From Squalus acanthias (lineage: Eukaryota): DNA of 64,000 nt. The translations under genes were made by a program, and so were the position numbers. The notes under the pieces are model-generated. The model was not told the DNA's origin. It made no database searches and saw only the letters and a list, made by a program, of their open reading frames with translations. Below are positions 47,278 to 62,269 of this stretch, in pieces. The DNA lies in the NCBI GenBank assembly GCA_030390025.1, contig CM059432.1, forward strand, positions 40,798,001-40,862,000. The letters run 5' to 3'. Each line of letters begins with the position of its first letter. Positions within the stretch are counted from its first letter, which is position 1.

Positions 47278-50200
47278 AATGCATCTACGGCAGTACACAT
47301 TTTTAAAGAGCGAGCGACCATACATAGAGCTATCCATATTGGGGAAATGTTCTAAAATGATCAAATAGGTTACATTTTTCAAACCAAAATGAATAAGTCT
47401 CCTTATTATGAGAAATTATCACCATCAAAATAACATCTGAATTGCACAGGTTGGTTGCATCCAGCTTAAAGGAGGGATACTGCATGTGGAGAGCCAAAAG
47501 TTATCAACTTTTTATTTAAAAAACACTAAGGACTTGTCAGTTCTCCTTTTGATTTTTTCTCCCCTTACCCTTCCTCTTCTGAAGGTGGTGATGTTTACAT
47601 AGGTAAAGTTCAACAGGTGCTGGCCACCTTTGGGCCAACTTTGCCCAATTAGCCAGAATGCATACATGAGTGTAGACAGCAAGTCTGTTTGACTGTAGGG
47701 GCTATCAGAGCCGAATATGATCCTGTCCTTGCCAGACAGCCACACATGCTAAAATCCAACAGTAGTCACTGAATAGCAGGCAGTAACTTGAAACCCTGGC
47801 AAGGTTTCCCTTCTAGCCCAAGGACACTTAGGACTTTTACTTTACATTCAGATTAACAGAAGGTGATAGGTGAGCTTTAAAAAATGTCTTCGAAAGTTTG
47901 ATGGAATTTTATTTAGCTCATACAAGGTGCACTAGCAGGATTGTAGCACTGGAATTAAAGCATTCCTTCATCCACCAATTCAATTTCTGGTGTTCCAGAC
48001 GAACAACCACAAAAGTAGTCATCAGTTAAATTTTGGAAAAGGCACATTTATGGCTAATCACAAGGCAGCTATTTGTTCAATGACATGGCAGAGTGCTCTG
48101 AAAAACAATGGCACTCTGGAAAAAAAACAAGGTACTTGGGAAAAAATAAGTAAAGGCAGGGCGCTGTGCCCTGATATAATCAATTAGCGAGAACATGGAC
48201 ATATGACCTAGAACAACCACTGAGCTGCCTAAGACCAAACTGATTGACCTGTGTGAATGACAAATTTGCACAAGGTGACAAAGAGTGAAAGATAACCAAT
48301 ATTCCATCTTCTCCATGCCACAAATGTTGCCTGAACTGTGCCCTTAACAAATAAAGGTGGGTTTTCTGGGGTCAGTAATCAGCTGGCTGTGCACTTCATT
48401 GCAAGTTTACAATTAGCTTCCAGCACTTGGCACCATCTGGCACATGCACAGTTGAGAAAGATTAAAGTTTATAGTGATGACAACGGAGAATTAGTAACTA
48501 TGCGTAAACTGAAAACACTGCCACATTAGTTTTTCAGCCTTCATTAATCATTTTTAAAGCCATGCTTGCCGATACACACTTTATACTATGGAATATGCCA
48601 GATGTGCAGTTTGATTTCACTCGAGTCAGCTGCTAATTTCTAGTTTTGTATTTTTTTAATTGTATTTGTAATATCCAACTTTTCTTAATCCCCTCCCCGC
48701 ATTCAGGTTCTCTCCTTCCCATGGGCTTCTTTAGCTGGTATGGGAGATCAAAAAGTCAGAGACTCCCTCGCAACTGACAGTACCAAAGCCAGTCAACAAT
48801 CAGCTGTCAGAGGTATGTTTGCTGCAGTGTGGAACAGTTAATGCTTATCCTGGATAGGAAATGTGCCTCTTGCAATAGGCATCCTGCTTTGGGTCCTCGG
48901 TGAGACCAAGACTTCACAAACCATGTGAAAAGACGGGGTCGGTGGGAGTTTTGGTCTAGGTAGTTTGATCAAATCCTCCCCCTTCTTTTACTGGGATTCC
49001 AGGAATGAATAAATGAGAGAGATTTTGTCATGAATAACTTTTACAAAATAAATGTACAGCTGTATTTTTCCATATAAATACTTATGGCAATTGTAGGGTT
49101 TAGTTCTGAGTGTTCCATTGACTAACAATCATGGCTATAGGAAGCCAGCATTCGAACTGTTCTACTACTGGACTATTCAAGTTCGGAGAACTCACTCTAC
49201 GAGGCTCTCACTACTCCATAATTGTGTGCATGATCATGCACATGACTGTTCTGTAGGGATGAACATTACAGAGTGTAAATAATATTGTGGGCAATACTAA
49301 TACTGAGATACACTGAAAACAGTGAGCGCTAATGAGATCAAGGCGATCTAGCTTTGAAGAATTACTGAGCCCGTCAGTGTGAGGGAGCTGGACTCACACA
49401 CATACCGTTGAAACTACATGATCACTCAAACACTAGATTAATGACTACTTGGCCTATTTTGGAAACACTGGGTATTAGACCTTGCTGCCTGCCAAAATAA
49501 GTCAGGAGCTCCACCCAAGCTATTTTTTTAGACTCTGCAGTCAGACCTGGATTTGCATATTTAAGTTTGCTCCCAATGATATTTGAATGTTGCTATAATA
49601 ATGTATTGGCAGTCAGGGGCAGTGCAGACATCAGGTTCAGCAGCTAATTATGAATGCTTGTCAGTGGTATTTTTTTTTTTAAAGACCTAAATCTTGTTCC
49701 TGCTTGCAGTGAATTGACACCACTGCACTTCTGCACTAGTAGGCATAACACTCAAACTTTTTCTAGAGGAAGTGGATTTATTCTTTATATAATATACTGG
49801 CAAGCAGGCAGGGCCTGTGAAAAAGGCAGGTTTGAGCTAGACTTAACGCCCTGTGGTACGAGCGCTGGAAAACTGAAACTGGATGATGCTTACTTTTGCC
49901 CTGTCCTTAATTTGCCTCAACTGCCCTCAGCAGGTGCACATCATAAAATAGCTAACTTGAAGGAGGCTAGTGTGGCTATCCAAATATGAGGTAGTACGCA
50001 ATCTACAGTCAAAAATTTATCACCCTCTTGGATCATTTCTGCTGCAGTGGGTTTCCGGCCCGAATAGGATAAATTCAGTGATTCTGTGCTCCCAGTGGGA
50101 AGCAGTGCTTGAAGGCAACACTGATCAGAGTAAGGGCGACAACAGTGTAGCGCTGAACCTCCAACCCTTGCTTCCTTTGAATGAGTCTCCATGCTGGGAG

Positions 50201-51486
50201 CAAGGGATCAGTGAATTTACCCACTAGTTCCCATTGTAATTATTACTAGCTGGCTATCGACACAATGAGAGCATGCCTAAGAAGGGCCCGCCCACCCTGC
50301 CCCAACAGGAATCACTATCTTCATTTTTTTCCTCATCAGACGGAAAGTTACCAATCTTGGCTAGGCCATTGAGTGCAACACAGGTGACCATCAGATCATC
50401 TAGTAACCAAACACAGAGCAACATTGACCAGATAAGCACAGGCAGGACAGTCCATTCCAGATGGTACAACCAAGAAGGAAATAAATCAAAAGAAATTACA
50501 ATTTAATAAACACACACAATATGACAAATTAATTTAGCTTATTTTTTTTTCCAGCTGCCAAATAAATCATGTTTGGCAGTTTATGCATCCACTTGTTTTA
50601 TCTGCACACTAGCGCTTTTGTACAAGATTAACACAGCAGCATAGCAACACATTATATGTCACGGACACTGCTCCCAATCCATACAAGCAATGCTTTGTAA
50701 AGAGAACTCCCTCTAGAACATCACTCAAATCAGTGTAATGCCTTGAAAATCACAGAGCAGTGGCATCGCCAACCTCACAGGTCTAAACGTGTTGCAATGC
50801 ACACATTTTCCAAAGACCCTGAAATAGACCTCAGAGCCACTGGTACAAAGAGAAGTAAACAAAACGTCAGAAGTACGCAGACTCACTGAGAAGTTTGTTG
50901 CTACACCATTGTATAACAATATTGGTTAACAGGCTTTCAACATTATAGCTTAAGGCAGTGGCATAAAATGAAATCATCAAAAATTACAAATAATTTTACA
51001 TTCTACTGTGAACCTGTCCAATGAAGTAGCAATATGGTTGACACTGCTCTGCTCTCTCCTCTTATAAGGAGCATGGTATACTTTTATCCCCCCAGGTATG
51101 TAATGGGGTGGTATCATTGAGGTATTCCAAGATACTTTATCCTGTTTAAAAATGGAGGTGGGTGCGATGACACAATCAGCAACACAAACAGAGTGAGTGT
51201 ATGCATTGAGTGGGGTGGCATTGCATAATACATACAAGGAAGGATCTAGGTTCAATCACTAGTTTGTACTAGGTTAGCTGATTTGTATAGTGTAGTAGGG
51301 GTATGATAATTGGTCTCAAAAGTGTCCAAACCAGGGAACAATCAGCAGGTGTTCCTGCTCCCAGTACTTTCCAGCGACGCTAGCTGGAAGTTTGTGTGTT
51401 TGAATGATAGACTTGGTTCTGATAACATCAGCTGCCAAATAGTCAGGCAACACTCACTGATTCAATGCGCACACTGATCCACATCC

Positions 51487-52140
51487 TGGGATGTGGACAT
51501 CACTGCAAGGCCAGCATTTATTGCCTATCCATAATTGCCCTTGAGAAGGCAGTGGTGAGCCACCTTCTTGAACCACTGCAGTCCCTGTGGTGAAGGAACT
51601 CCCATAATGTTGTTAGGGAGAGAGTTCCAGGATTTTGACCCAGCGACAATGAAGGAATGGCGATATATTTCCAAGTCAGGATGGTGGGTGACTTGGAGGG
51701 GAACTTGGAGGTGATGGTGTTCCCATGCACCTGCTGCCCTTGTCCTTCTAGGTGGTAGAGGTCGCGGGTTTGGGAGGTGCTGTCGAAGAAGACTTGGTGA
51801 GTTGCTGCAGTGCATCTTGTAGATGGTACACACTGCAGCCACGGTGCACCAGTGGTGGAAGGAGTGAATGTTTAAGGTGGTGGATGGGGTGCCAATCAAG
51901 CGGGCTGCTTTGTCCTGGATGGTGTCAAGCTTCTCGAGTGTTGTTGGAGCCAGGCAAGTGGAGATTATTCCATCACACTCCTGACTTGTGCCTTGTAGAT
52001 GGTGGAAAGGCTTTGGGGAGTCAGGAGGTGAGACACTCACTGCAGAGTACCCAGCCTCTGACCTGCTCTTGTAGCCACAGTATTTATGTGGCTGGCCCAG
52101 TTAAATTTCTGGTCAATGGTTACCCCCAGGATGTTGATGA
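51487..52140 (-). mobile_element. LINE family B 3' fragment
   Basis: Reverse complement of family-B 3' region and tail. Confidence 0.9.
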
Positions 52141-52565
52141 GTACCAGAAGGACTCGCCTCTGTGGAACCATTCAAAGCATGAGTTAGTGCCTTCAACAGT
52201 GGAGAAGATCACAGGGGCCAATAGAAAATATTAGCAGCACAACATTTGGGTCAACATCTCCTGAAAGTAAAGTAACCTAAAAACTCTCCATTGAGGTGAT
52301 GGCATCCTGTAAATACTTCACCAGTTAGAATTTAGTGAAGTTGGTTCTAGTTACACTTAAGATCCATCTTCATAGAGCAAAGCAGTAACCCGTACCACCC
52401 CATACACCAGTTTCCACTGTGCACCCACAATAATTAATAGTCTTGTGGCCATTTCATATAAATTGAGTGGCAAGGAGCGAGTGTAGGTAATTACTACCTG
52501 CACTCATTTCCCATTGTTAGTTTAGGAGCAGTGTTAGGGAAAATTCAATGGAACCTGAAGATTTA

Positions 52566-53503
<938 letters not shown>

Positions 53504-54002
53504 TTAAACTTTAAAAAAAAACATTGGCTGAAGTAATGCCTGCTGTAAATCTTCAGTTGGGCAGTGCTCCAGTAGTGTTTCTCTGTAAATGAAATGATAC
53601 TACTTATGATGGCAAATATTAATTTTGCTACCATATATTGCTGTAAACAGGCTAAAAGGGATGGTATTACAACAGCTATTGTTGAGTGAATTTCACCCAT
53701 ACTAATGTAACATATACCACAGGTCATTAAGGATTTATGTGAATATATGAGCATTGTGGCAGGTAATCTCTGGCTGTATGTCCAGATACCATATTTATGG
53801 TTTCTTGTTCTGTTCCACTTCAAATGCATATTGTATTATGAAAAATGTTTTAAAAATAAAATGAATAGCATTCACAAAATGGGCTAAATCACAGTGTATG
53901 GAAATCAGTCCCATTCAATCACCGATCTGCATTCAGGCTATAAGTTTTTTGACTAATTTGAGCAGTTCACAAAGGAGGAAACACATTCTTACTGTAGCCT
54001 GT

Positions 54003-56590
54003 CATAGAAGAATGGTTACAGCACAAAAGGAGGCCATTCAGCCCATCGAGCCCATGCCGGCTCTCTGTAAGAGCACTTCAGCTAGTACCGCTCACCTGCC
54101 CTTTCCCCACAGCCCTGCAAATTTTCAGGTACTTCTCCAATTCCCTTTTGAAAGCCACGATTGAATCTGCCTCCACTACCCTTTCAGGCAGTGCATTCCA
54201 GATCCTAACCACTCGCTGCGTAAAAAAGTTTTTCCTCATGTCGCCTTTGGTTCTTTTGCCAATCACCTTAAATCTGTGTCCTCTGGTTCTCGACCCTTCC
54301 ACCAATGGGAGCAGTTTCTCTCTATCTACTCTGTTTAGAGCCCTCATGATTTTGAGCACATAAAATCTCCTCTCAACCTTCTCTGCTCGAAGGAGAACAA
54401 CCCCAGCTTCTCTAGTTTATCCACGTAATTGAAGTCCCCCATCCCTGGAACCATTCCCGTAAACCTTTTTTGAACCCTCTCTAAGGCCTTCATATCCTTC
54501 CTAGACTGCGGTGTCCAGAATTGGACACAATACTCCAGTTGAGGCTGAACCAGTGTTTTATGAAGGTTCATCATAACTTTCTCTATGCCTCTATTTATGA
54601 AGCCCAGGATTCTGTATGCTTTTTTAACCGCTTTCTTTACCTGCCTTGCCACTTTTAATGATTTGTGCACATATACCCTCAGGTCACTCTGTTCATGCAC
54701 CCCCTTTAGAATTGTACCCTTTAGTTTATATTGCCTCTCCTCGTTCTTCCTACTAAAATGTATCACTTGGCACTTTTCTGCATTAAATTGCACCTGCCAT
54801 GCGTCCACCCATTTCACCAGCCTATATATGTCTTCTTGAAGTCTATCACTATCCTCCTCACTGTTCACTATACTTCCAAGTTTTGTGTCATCTGCAGATT
54901 TTGAAATTGTGCTTTGTACACCCATATCCAAGTCAAGAAAAGCAGTGGTCCTAGTACTGACCCCTGGGGAACACCACTGTATACCTTCCTCCAGTCCAAA
55001 AAACAACCGTTCATCACTACTCTCGGTTTCCTGTCACAGCCAATTTCGTATCCATGCTGCCACTGTCCCTTTTATTCCATGGGCTTCAACTTTGCTGGCA
55101 AGCCTATTATGTGGCACTTTATCAAACGCCTTTTGGAAGTCCATGTACACCACATCAACCGCATTACCCTCATCAACCCTCTCTGTTACCTCATCAAAAA
55201 ACTCAATCAAATTAGTTAAACACCATTTGCCTTTAACAAATCCGTGTTGGCTTTCCTTAATTAATTCACACTTGTCCAAGTGACAGTTAATTTTGTCCCG
55301 GATTTCTAAAAGCTTCCCCACTACCGAGGTTAAACTGGTAGTTGCTGGGTTTATCCTTGCACCCTTTTTTGAACAAGGGTGTAACATTTGCAATTCTCCC
55401 ATCGTCTGGCACCACTCCTGTATCTAAGGAGGATTGGAATATTATGGCCAGTACATCTGCAATTTCCACCGTAACTTTCCTCAGCATCCTAGGATGCTTC
55501 CTATCCAGTCCTGGTGACTTATTTGCTTTAAGTACAGCCAGCCTTTCTAGTACCTCCTCTATCAATTTTTATCCCATCCAGTATCTCCACTACCTCTGCT
55601 TTCACTATGACTTTGGCAGCATCTTCTTCCTTGGTGAAGATAGATGCAAAGTTCTCATTTAGTACCTCAGCTAAGCCCTCTGCCTCCATGTGTAGGTCTC
55701 CTTTTTGGTCCCTAATCGGCCCCACCCCTTCTCTGACTACCCGTTTGCTATTTATATGCCTATAGAAAACTTTTGCATTCCCTTTTATGTTAGCTGCCAA
55801 TCTATTTTCATACTCTCTCTTTGCCCCTTATTTTCTTTTTCACTTCCCCTCTGAACTTTCTATAGTCAGCCTGATTCCCACTTGTATTCTCAACCTGACA
55901 TCTGTCATACGCGCTCTTTTTCTGCTTCATCTTACTCTCTATCTCTTTCGTCATCCAGGGAGCTCTGACTTTGGTTGCCCTACCTTTTCCCCTCGTGGGA
56001 ATGTGCCTCGACTGTACCTGAACCATCTCCTCTTTAAAGGCAGCCCATTGTTCAATTACAGTTTTGCCTGCCAGTCTTTGATTCCAATTTACCCGGGCCA
56101 GATCCATTCTCAACCCACTGAAATTGACCACCTTCCAATTAAGTATTTTTACTGTAGATTGCTCCCTGTCCTTCTCCATAGCTAATTTAAACCTTATGAT
56201 ACTATACCCTAAATGTTCCCCTACTGACACTTGCTCCACTTGACCCACCTCATTCCCCAGAACCAGATCCAGCAATGCCTCCTTCCTCATTGGGCCGGAA
56301 ACATACTGATCAAGAAAGTTCTCCTGAACACACTAAAGAAATTCTTTCCCCTCTCTGCCCTTTACACTATTACTATCCCAGTCTATGTTAGGAATAGTTG
56401 AAGTCCCCCATTATCACTACTCTATAGTTCTTGCACCTCTCTGTAATTTCCCTGCAAATTTGCAAAGTTTGGAAAGTTTCTTAATTATAACAGGCACCAA
56501 ACTAGTGGGAAATCCTTCCCACTAGTTGGCGGCCTAAAGAATACACCTAGTAGTGTAATGGCACCTCTATTATTTCTTAACTCTAACAGC
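54003..56590 (-). mobile_element. CR1 LINE, most of ORF2 plus 3' tail, decayed
   Basis: EALLDLVLGNE, KSPGLD, YMDFQKAFDKVPH, SADDTKLG, LEYCVQFW, MRKNFFTQRVVRIWN across frames. Confidence 0.93.
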
Positions 56591-57316
56591 ATAGCTGATT
56601 TTTGGTGACCAGTTTTATGTTGGCAAGTTTCAGAATGCATTTTCTGGAATACCTGGCATATGCAGGAATACAGAAAACTTAACAGTGAACACCTGCCTCA
56701 AACAAAATCTGACATAGTTTATCAACTAGTTTCCAAGATTTGTCGACACAGTGAAAATCCAATGAACTAGTCATTAAAATATTAACACTATTCAACAGTT
56801 CTCTTTCTCTCTCCATTGTTCCTCCTCCTCTCCTCAAGGCTGACTCTTAATACAATATAGTTCCACAAGTTCTGGCAACCCTCCAATACCCCACCCAATT
56901 GGTCATTCATCATGAGTAAGCCAAGATAGTGAGTGTCAACAGGCCACGCAACTGTGGAGACATCACAATCAAGTCCAATCCTGTCCAGCAGGGACCCCTA
57001 GAGTGTGATCCTTGCACACAGGCCAACTGTGATGCCATATCACATCATCAGCTGAGATCAGCTAACTCAACCCACACCGAGGATTGAACACGAGACATTC
57101 CTGCAAACCAACAATATTTCTTCAGCACAATTTATATCAATAGCTTTATTGTGTTGCTTAAGCAATATTTGAATTACTTTGCTTGGATCTAATTATGATG
57201 GAGATTGTGGGTGTTCCTGCAAATTGGTTCTTCGCAGAAGCAATTAAATTTATCCTTGCATAACTGGCTGAGAGTTCCACAGTCTGACTTAAATTGCTTT
57301 TCAGGAAGCTACTAAC

Positions 57317-57467
57317 CTGATAGCCCTGGAAGAAATTAAGGATTTCCTTGACTCCTGTGTTGTAAGCTAGTCCTTGCATCCTGACGATGGTGCCAGGCTG
57401 GGTTGGGATAGTGGCAGCGGCAGCAGGTGTTGGGAAATAGCCTATGCTGGTCGGGGACCCAGGGGGA
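57317..57467 (-). CDS. ESRP1: ESRP1 internal coding exon (151 nt)
   Basis: Acceptor TCTTTATTTCTAG, phase 2 in, [50 protein letters not shown], donor CAG|GTTAGT, phase 0 out. [19 protein letters not shown] favours ESRP1 over ESRP2. Confidence 0.95.
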
Positions 57468-57548
57468 CTAGAAATAAAGAGACAAGTAAAGATAAAACTA
57501 GGCGATGTCTCCAAAGCCTCACGAGAGTATCTGAAGCACACATTTGGT

Positions 57549-57800
57549 ATAAAAATAGAAAATGTTGGAATTGCAAATCAGGCAGATCAACATCTCAAAG
57601 ATGGATTAACATTTCAGATGTAATGCTGCATCAGAACTGATATGCAATAAGTTTATTTTTCCAGGTTTACCTCTGTTATTAATGTCAGTTCTAATGAATG
57701 ATTACATCTAAAATGCTAAGCTTTCTTTCCCTTTCAGACTGACTGACTGACCTGCTGTGCGTTTCCAGCATTTTCTATTTTTATTTCAAGTTCACAGCAT
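57549..57800. repeat. Decayed inverted pair of Penelope-like terminal repeats
   Basis: ATAAAAATAGAAAATGTTGGAA...CATCAGAACTGA versus TCAGTTCTAATG...TTCCAGCATTTTCTATTTTTAT. Confidence 0.6.
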
Positions 57801-59314
57801 TCATGGTTTTCTTTTTACTGCACAATGTTGGTGGATGATCCATTTTATAAATCAGAGTGCTTCCTGCTCAGTCAGGGAAAGATAACTGTATGCGTGACGA
57901 TAGCAACATAAAAAGGTAAAAAGTGCAGCGAACTCACCCCACACATCCAGCAATCCTGCCAATAAACTCTAACTATTTATCTAGAGAGGCATAGCTTTTT
58001 GAAGAATTAATAGTTTAAACATTTTGAAACTTATAAATATTTAACCTGTTCAATATTGATTCCCTCAAGTATGTTTCTAATGTTTAATAACTTAAAATTA
58101 GTAGGATTACAACCCATCTGATTTTCAACTGAACAGTTTGGAAAGTTTTTTAAAATTATAACAGGCACCAAAAGTTCAGTTTTTAAACACCCAACTTGTT
58201 TTAACCATGATGTCTGTGGTTCACGGCACCATATTAGAATCTAGGAGATAGGCTCCTTCTGCTATCCTACGGTGCTGCAGCCGGTGATTGGCTTTCATAG
58301 ATTTGAAATCTGAGAGCATAGTTGCACTTTACATCATCCTTGGCAACCTCCTTTTGTGCCAGTGAAAGAGAGGCTGCACTTAAGGATCCTGTCAAATGCT
58401 GAATTTGCAAAAGGTGGAAACCCTAAACACACTAGTTGAATGTACTTATCTCTACATCACTGTAGTTTGTTGTGTACCCCAGAAAACCGCCCGACTACGG
58501 TCTGATACAATGGGAAAGGGAGGGTTCTCAAGAATACATCATGTAAACAGAGGTAGCAATCTACGATTAATGCTGTAGAGCGACAAGAGAAAGTCAAGCT
58601 ACCTTGGGTGTGGTTTCACCACTACAGTGCCAGATTTAGGTATGCAAGTTGGTAAGCGAGTACATGCAAGACTATTCTTTTCCCTGATTACTGTTAATAA
58701 TCTATAGATTGTCTCAACTAAGTGTGAACAGAGTTTGAACTATAATGTATTAGAATTCATTCAAGGCAAGATATCACCGTGGCAATGCGAAAACACTACA
58801 ATTTAAGAAACAGTTTACAGGGTTTCACTACAACGAACAGAGTTTTCTCATGGGTGAACACTGTTCATTTGTCCATAGTAAGATAATGTATACAGCAAAG
58901 CTAATTATAGAAGTCTGTGTTATTACAAAGTTATCATTCTAGAAAAATATTTCCCATGCTCTTATAGCCAATAATGGAGTTTGGGTCTCAATAAGAGGAG
59001 GCCCTGATACTTTGCAGTTCCTCACAAGTTAGTAGTAAGGAGGTTTAATCATAATATTAATGGAAGGAATCAACTTATTCCTTAGTCAACTTTTATCATG
59101 TTGAAGACCTTGACAGTGAGTGATGGCTCAATCCAGTCTTCACCTGATGTCCACATACAGACACTTCCAGCAGGAAGTGATCATGAGCGAAACCTTATTG
59201 ATTTTCTCCTCCCTATTTTGGTTTAAATTTTCAAAAGAATTATACATTCTCTTGAGTAATATTTTAGTTTCAAAATACACCCATTGGCTGAACCAGAAAA
59301 TGCTGGAAAGAGAC

Positions 59315-60088
59315 AGTAAATTATGTTAAACCTTTATAAAACACTGGTTAGGTCTCAGTTGGAGTACTGTGTTCAATTTTGGGAACCACACTTTAGAAAG
59401 GATGTCAGGTCAGGTACGGTAGCATAGCGGTTATGTTACTGGACTAGTAATCCAGAGGCCTGGATTAATGATCTGGAGATGTGAGTTCAAATCCCACCAC
59501 AAGCAGCTGGGGAATTTAAATTCAATTAATTAAAATACATCTGGAATTATCAGTAATGGTAACCATGAAACGTGTCGTAAAAACCCATCTGGTTCACTAA
59601 TGCCCTTCAAGGAAGGAAATCTGCTGTCCTTACCCGGTCTGGCCTATATGTGACTCCAGACCCACAGCACTGTGGTTGACTCTTAACTGCCCTCTGCGGT
59701 TCACCACTACCTTCTCAAGAGCAATTAGGTATGGGCAATAAATGCTGGCCTTGCCAGTGATGCCCACATCCCATGAACAAATATTATAAAAAGGCCTTAG
59801 AGAGGGTGCAGAAGAAAATTATTAGAATGGTACCAAGGATGAGGGACTTCAGTTGTTCTCCTTAGAGCAGAGAACGTGAAGAGGTGTTCAAAATCATGAA
59901 TGCTTTTGATAGCGTAAATAAGGAGAAACTATTTCCCGTGGGTCGGTAACCAGAGGAATAAAATTTGAAGGGAAAATGTACAGGGCTATGGGGAAAGAGC
60001 ATGGGAGTCGACTAATTGGATAGCTCTACCAAAGAGCCGGCACAAGCACAATGGCCTCCTTCTGTGCTGTATCATTCTATGATTCTAA
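59315..60088 (+). mobile_element. CR1 3' fragment split by a SINE
   Basis: LYKTLVRSQLEYCVQFW...KDV then resumes KALERVQ after 59790; tail TTCTATGATTCTA. Confidence 0.8.
59408..59790 (+). mobile_element. tRNA-derived SINE sharing the LINE-B 3' tail
   Basis: A box TAGCATAGCGG, B box GAGTTCAAATCC, core GTAAAAACCCATCTGGTTCACTAATG...GACTCTTAACTGCCCTCTG, family-B tail. Confidence 0.88.
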
Positions 60089-60251
60089 GTCAGTCAGCCT
60101 CAGTAAAGAGAAAAGGTAAGTTGACATTTTAGACAGATCTGATTGTACGGATTGATTTCTAGCATTTGCAATGTTTTTTTTCTTTTTCTATTTATGTCCA
60201 CTGGCTCAGGAGCACCAAGACTATTTGTTCAGTACTCTCCTAAAACACACA

Positions 60252-60550
60252 GTGGTCAATTTTAACTCCCTCTATCCAGTGGGAACCGGGCAGTAGTGCC
60301 CCGAAAGCCACAGGGATACATTTGCCGCTACGTTCCTAATTTGTTCCCACGTTGTCATCGGAGCCCGATGTGCATATTTAAAGAGGACTCCGCTGGCTTG
60401 GGGTGGGTGTCCTTGCCGACTGCAATTTAAAATTGCAGTTGGTCAAATCGGGCCTGGAAAAGATATTCTAAGTGCCCTGCTTTGCTTTAACTGTAATCCC
60501 CCGCCCCCCACGCCTGGTTTCTGTCAGGCAGGGGAGTTAAAATTGAGACT
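60252..60550. mobile_element. Small MITE remnant
   Basis: TCAATTTTAACTCCC...GGGAGTTAAAATTGA inverted termini; central palindrome ACTGCAATTTAAAATTGCAGT. Confidence 0.6.
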
Positions 60551-61921
60551 TGGGTGTCTGAATGGGAAGGAATTAATTTAATTCAATTCAATTTAATTCC
60601 CCAACACTAACATCTGGTGAAGCACATTGCTCTGTTTACAGGGCTGGATATCCCACAGTAAATTTAACTACAAGACCAGTCTGCACATGGTCTTTGTAGT
60701 GATTTTCGATGTCAAAAAAAGAATAAATCATTTGGACTTGTCGTACTAGGCATTTTGCCATACTTGTAACTTTTTATTTTTGTACGACATTCATTATTTT
60801 CTCTTCTTACCCTGTGTTGATCGCCCTCCACCACACATTATTTCCAGGGGGTTGAACAGGTGATCTGTTCCCATACTGGCCCAGTTCAATTACTGGCCTC
60901 TCAGAGGTACAGTCCTGGAATGCCTCCACAGGGAAGCATCTGGCTTCTATTGGATGCCTCCCAACACCAACACAATTGAGGTCACTTTGTGGGAAAACAC
61001 AGGCACAGACCTGTATCATGTCAATCCATGTAAGGTATACGGAAGCTCCACACACTACATCATCTACTATCAAGCTCGCTTTATTTAAATCAATAGGCCC
61101 CTGTACAAACACAATTTTCTGAGGGAAGCTGTTTGTTGCCAGAGTTTAGGGGTTAAGGAGTATCGGTCACTGCTCAGTAAGATCTGACTTTGTAGGCATA
61201 AAGCAAGCAGTAGTTCACAAATGCTTGACGGGTCAAAAAATTCTTGACATTACGATAAAGTTAACATGGTTGGTTTATTGGCTGCAGTTTAGTCATTAAC
61301 TTGCTCTTTTTTATAAATATTTTTATTTTTATTGCTTTTCCATGCTCATGAATTTTAAGATCGCAACTTAAGATAGCGGTGGCCATTAATTGGTTTGGCC
61401 AGAGGCTGATTTAATCAGTCTGAAATAATTAACCAGTTGCTTTCTTCATTGGTATCACTGCATGGTGTGCTAATTTAATAGGTGTGTCACAGTAAATTAC
61501 TTGTATAATATAGTGAGTCTTTGGCTTAGTGGTAGCATTCCCACCTCTGAATCAGAAGGTGCAGGCAGGATTTGAACCTTACTTCAGTAAGTCCCAGCGA
61601 GTGGAGACTGGGGCTCCGCCTCTTAACTGTGGGTTGACATGCAGCGGGATACTCAAGTCCAGTGAGTGTGGATACCTCCCCTCATTATATGGGTTTCGGG
61701 AGCCCATAAAACCTTCCTGCCTTATAGGACTTACCACCTTATCAGCTAGTATAAAAAGATGGTTACTACCATGGAAGGAGTGTTCACGTCACGACCTGCC
61801 AGAATATTATTCAGTCTGTGAATCCTGCCACTACTTTGCACTATTCTCCAAAAAAAAGTGTGAAGATACAAAAACAATTTATATTATAAATCTGCACCAA
61901 AACAATTGATTATATATAGTC

Positions 61922-62265
61922 CTAGGGGCTGTGTTGTAGTGACCTTTCACCTCTGGGATGAGGTTTCAAATCCATTCCAGACTTATTAGAATGACAAAGT
62001 CCTCTATCTACTGGTCGAAATGGACCTACATAAAATGAGTGTGGGTAGTCTCAGTCCAGTTCGCAGTGGGCATAGGTCTGCAGCACCAAGCTTCCTAATT
62101 TGACATTAATTGACACTCTCACTTCAAGAGACCACAAGATGGCTGAAGTGGAAAAATGCCACACTGGTGCAATACAGAGTACTTTGCTGAGGTTGGGGCT
62201 GAGGCACAATGTTAACACAGAGAAGAACAAGCTTTATTGTGCATCCAACCATGGCCTATCTGACC
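61922..62265 (+). mobile_element. LF-SINE-like element
   Basis: CCTTTCACCTCT...TTCAAATCCA...AAATGAGT...GGTAGTCTCAGTCCAGTTCGCAGTGG...AATTTGACATTAATTGACAC...GGCTGAGGCACA follow the order I recall for LF-SINE. Confidence 0.6.
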
Positions 62266-62269
62266 CAAC

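Noticed and set aside
57158..57541. 127-aa ORF as one coding unit
   Set aside because: Only 57317-57467 is bounded by splice sites and ESRP-like; the rest is intron read-through.
60807..61112. Upstream ESRP1 exon (good GTAAGA donor near 60810)
   Set aside because: Peptide shows no ESRP similarity; the expected preceding exon is not visible and probably lies beyond the window.
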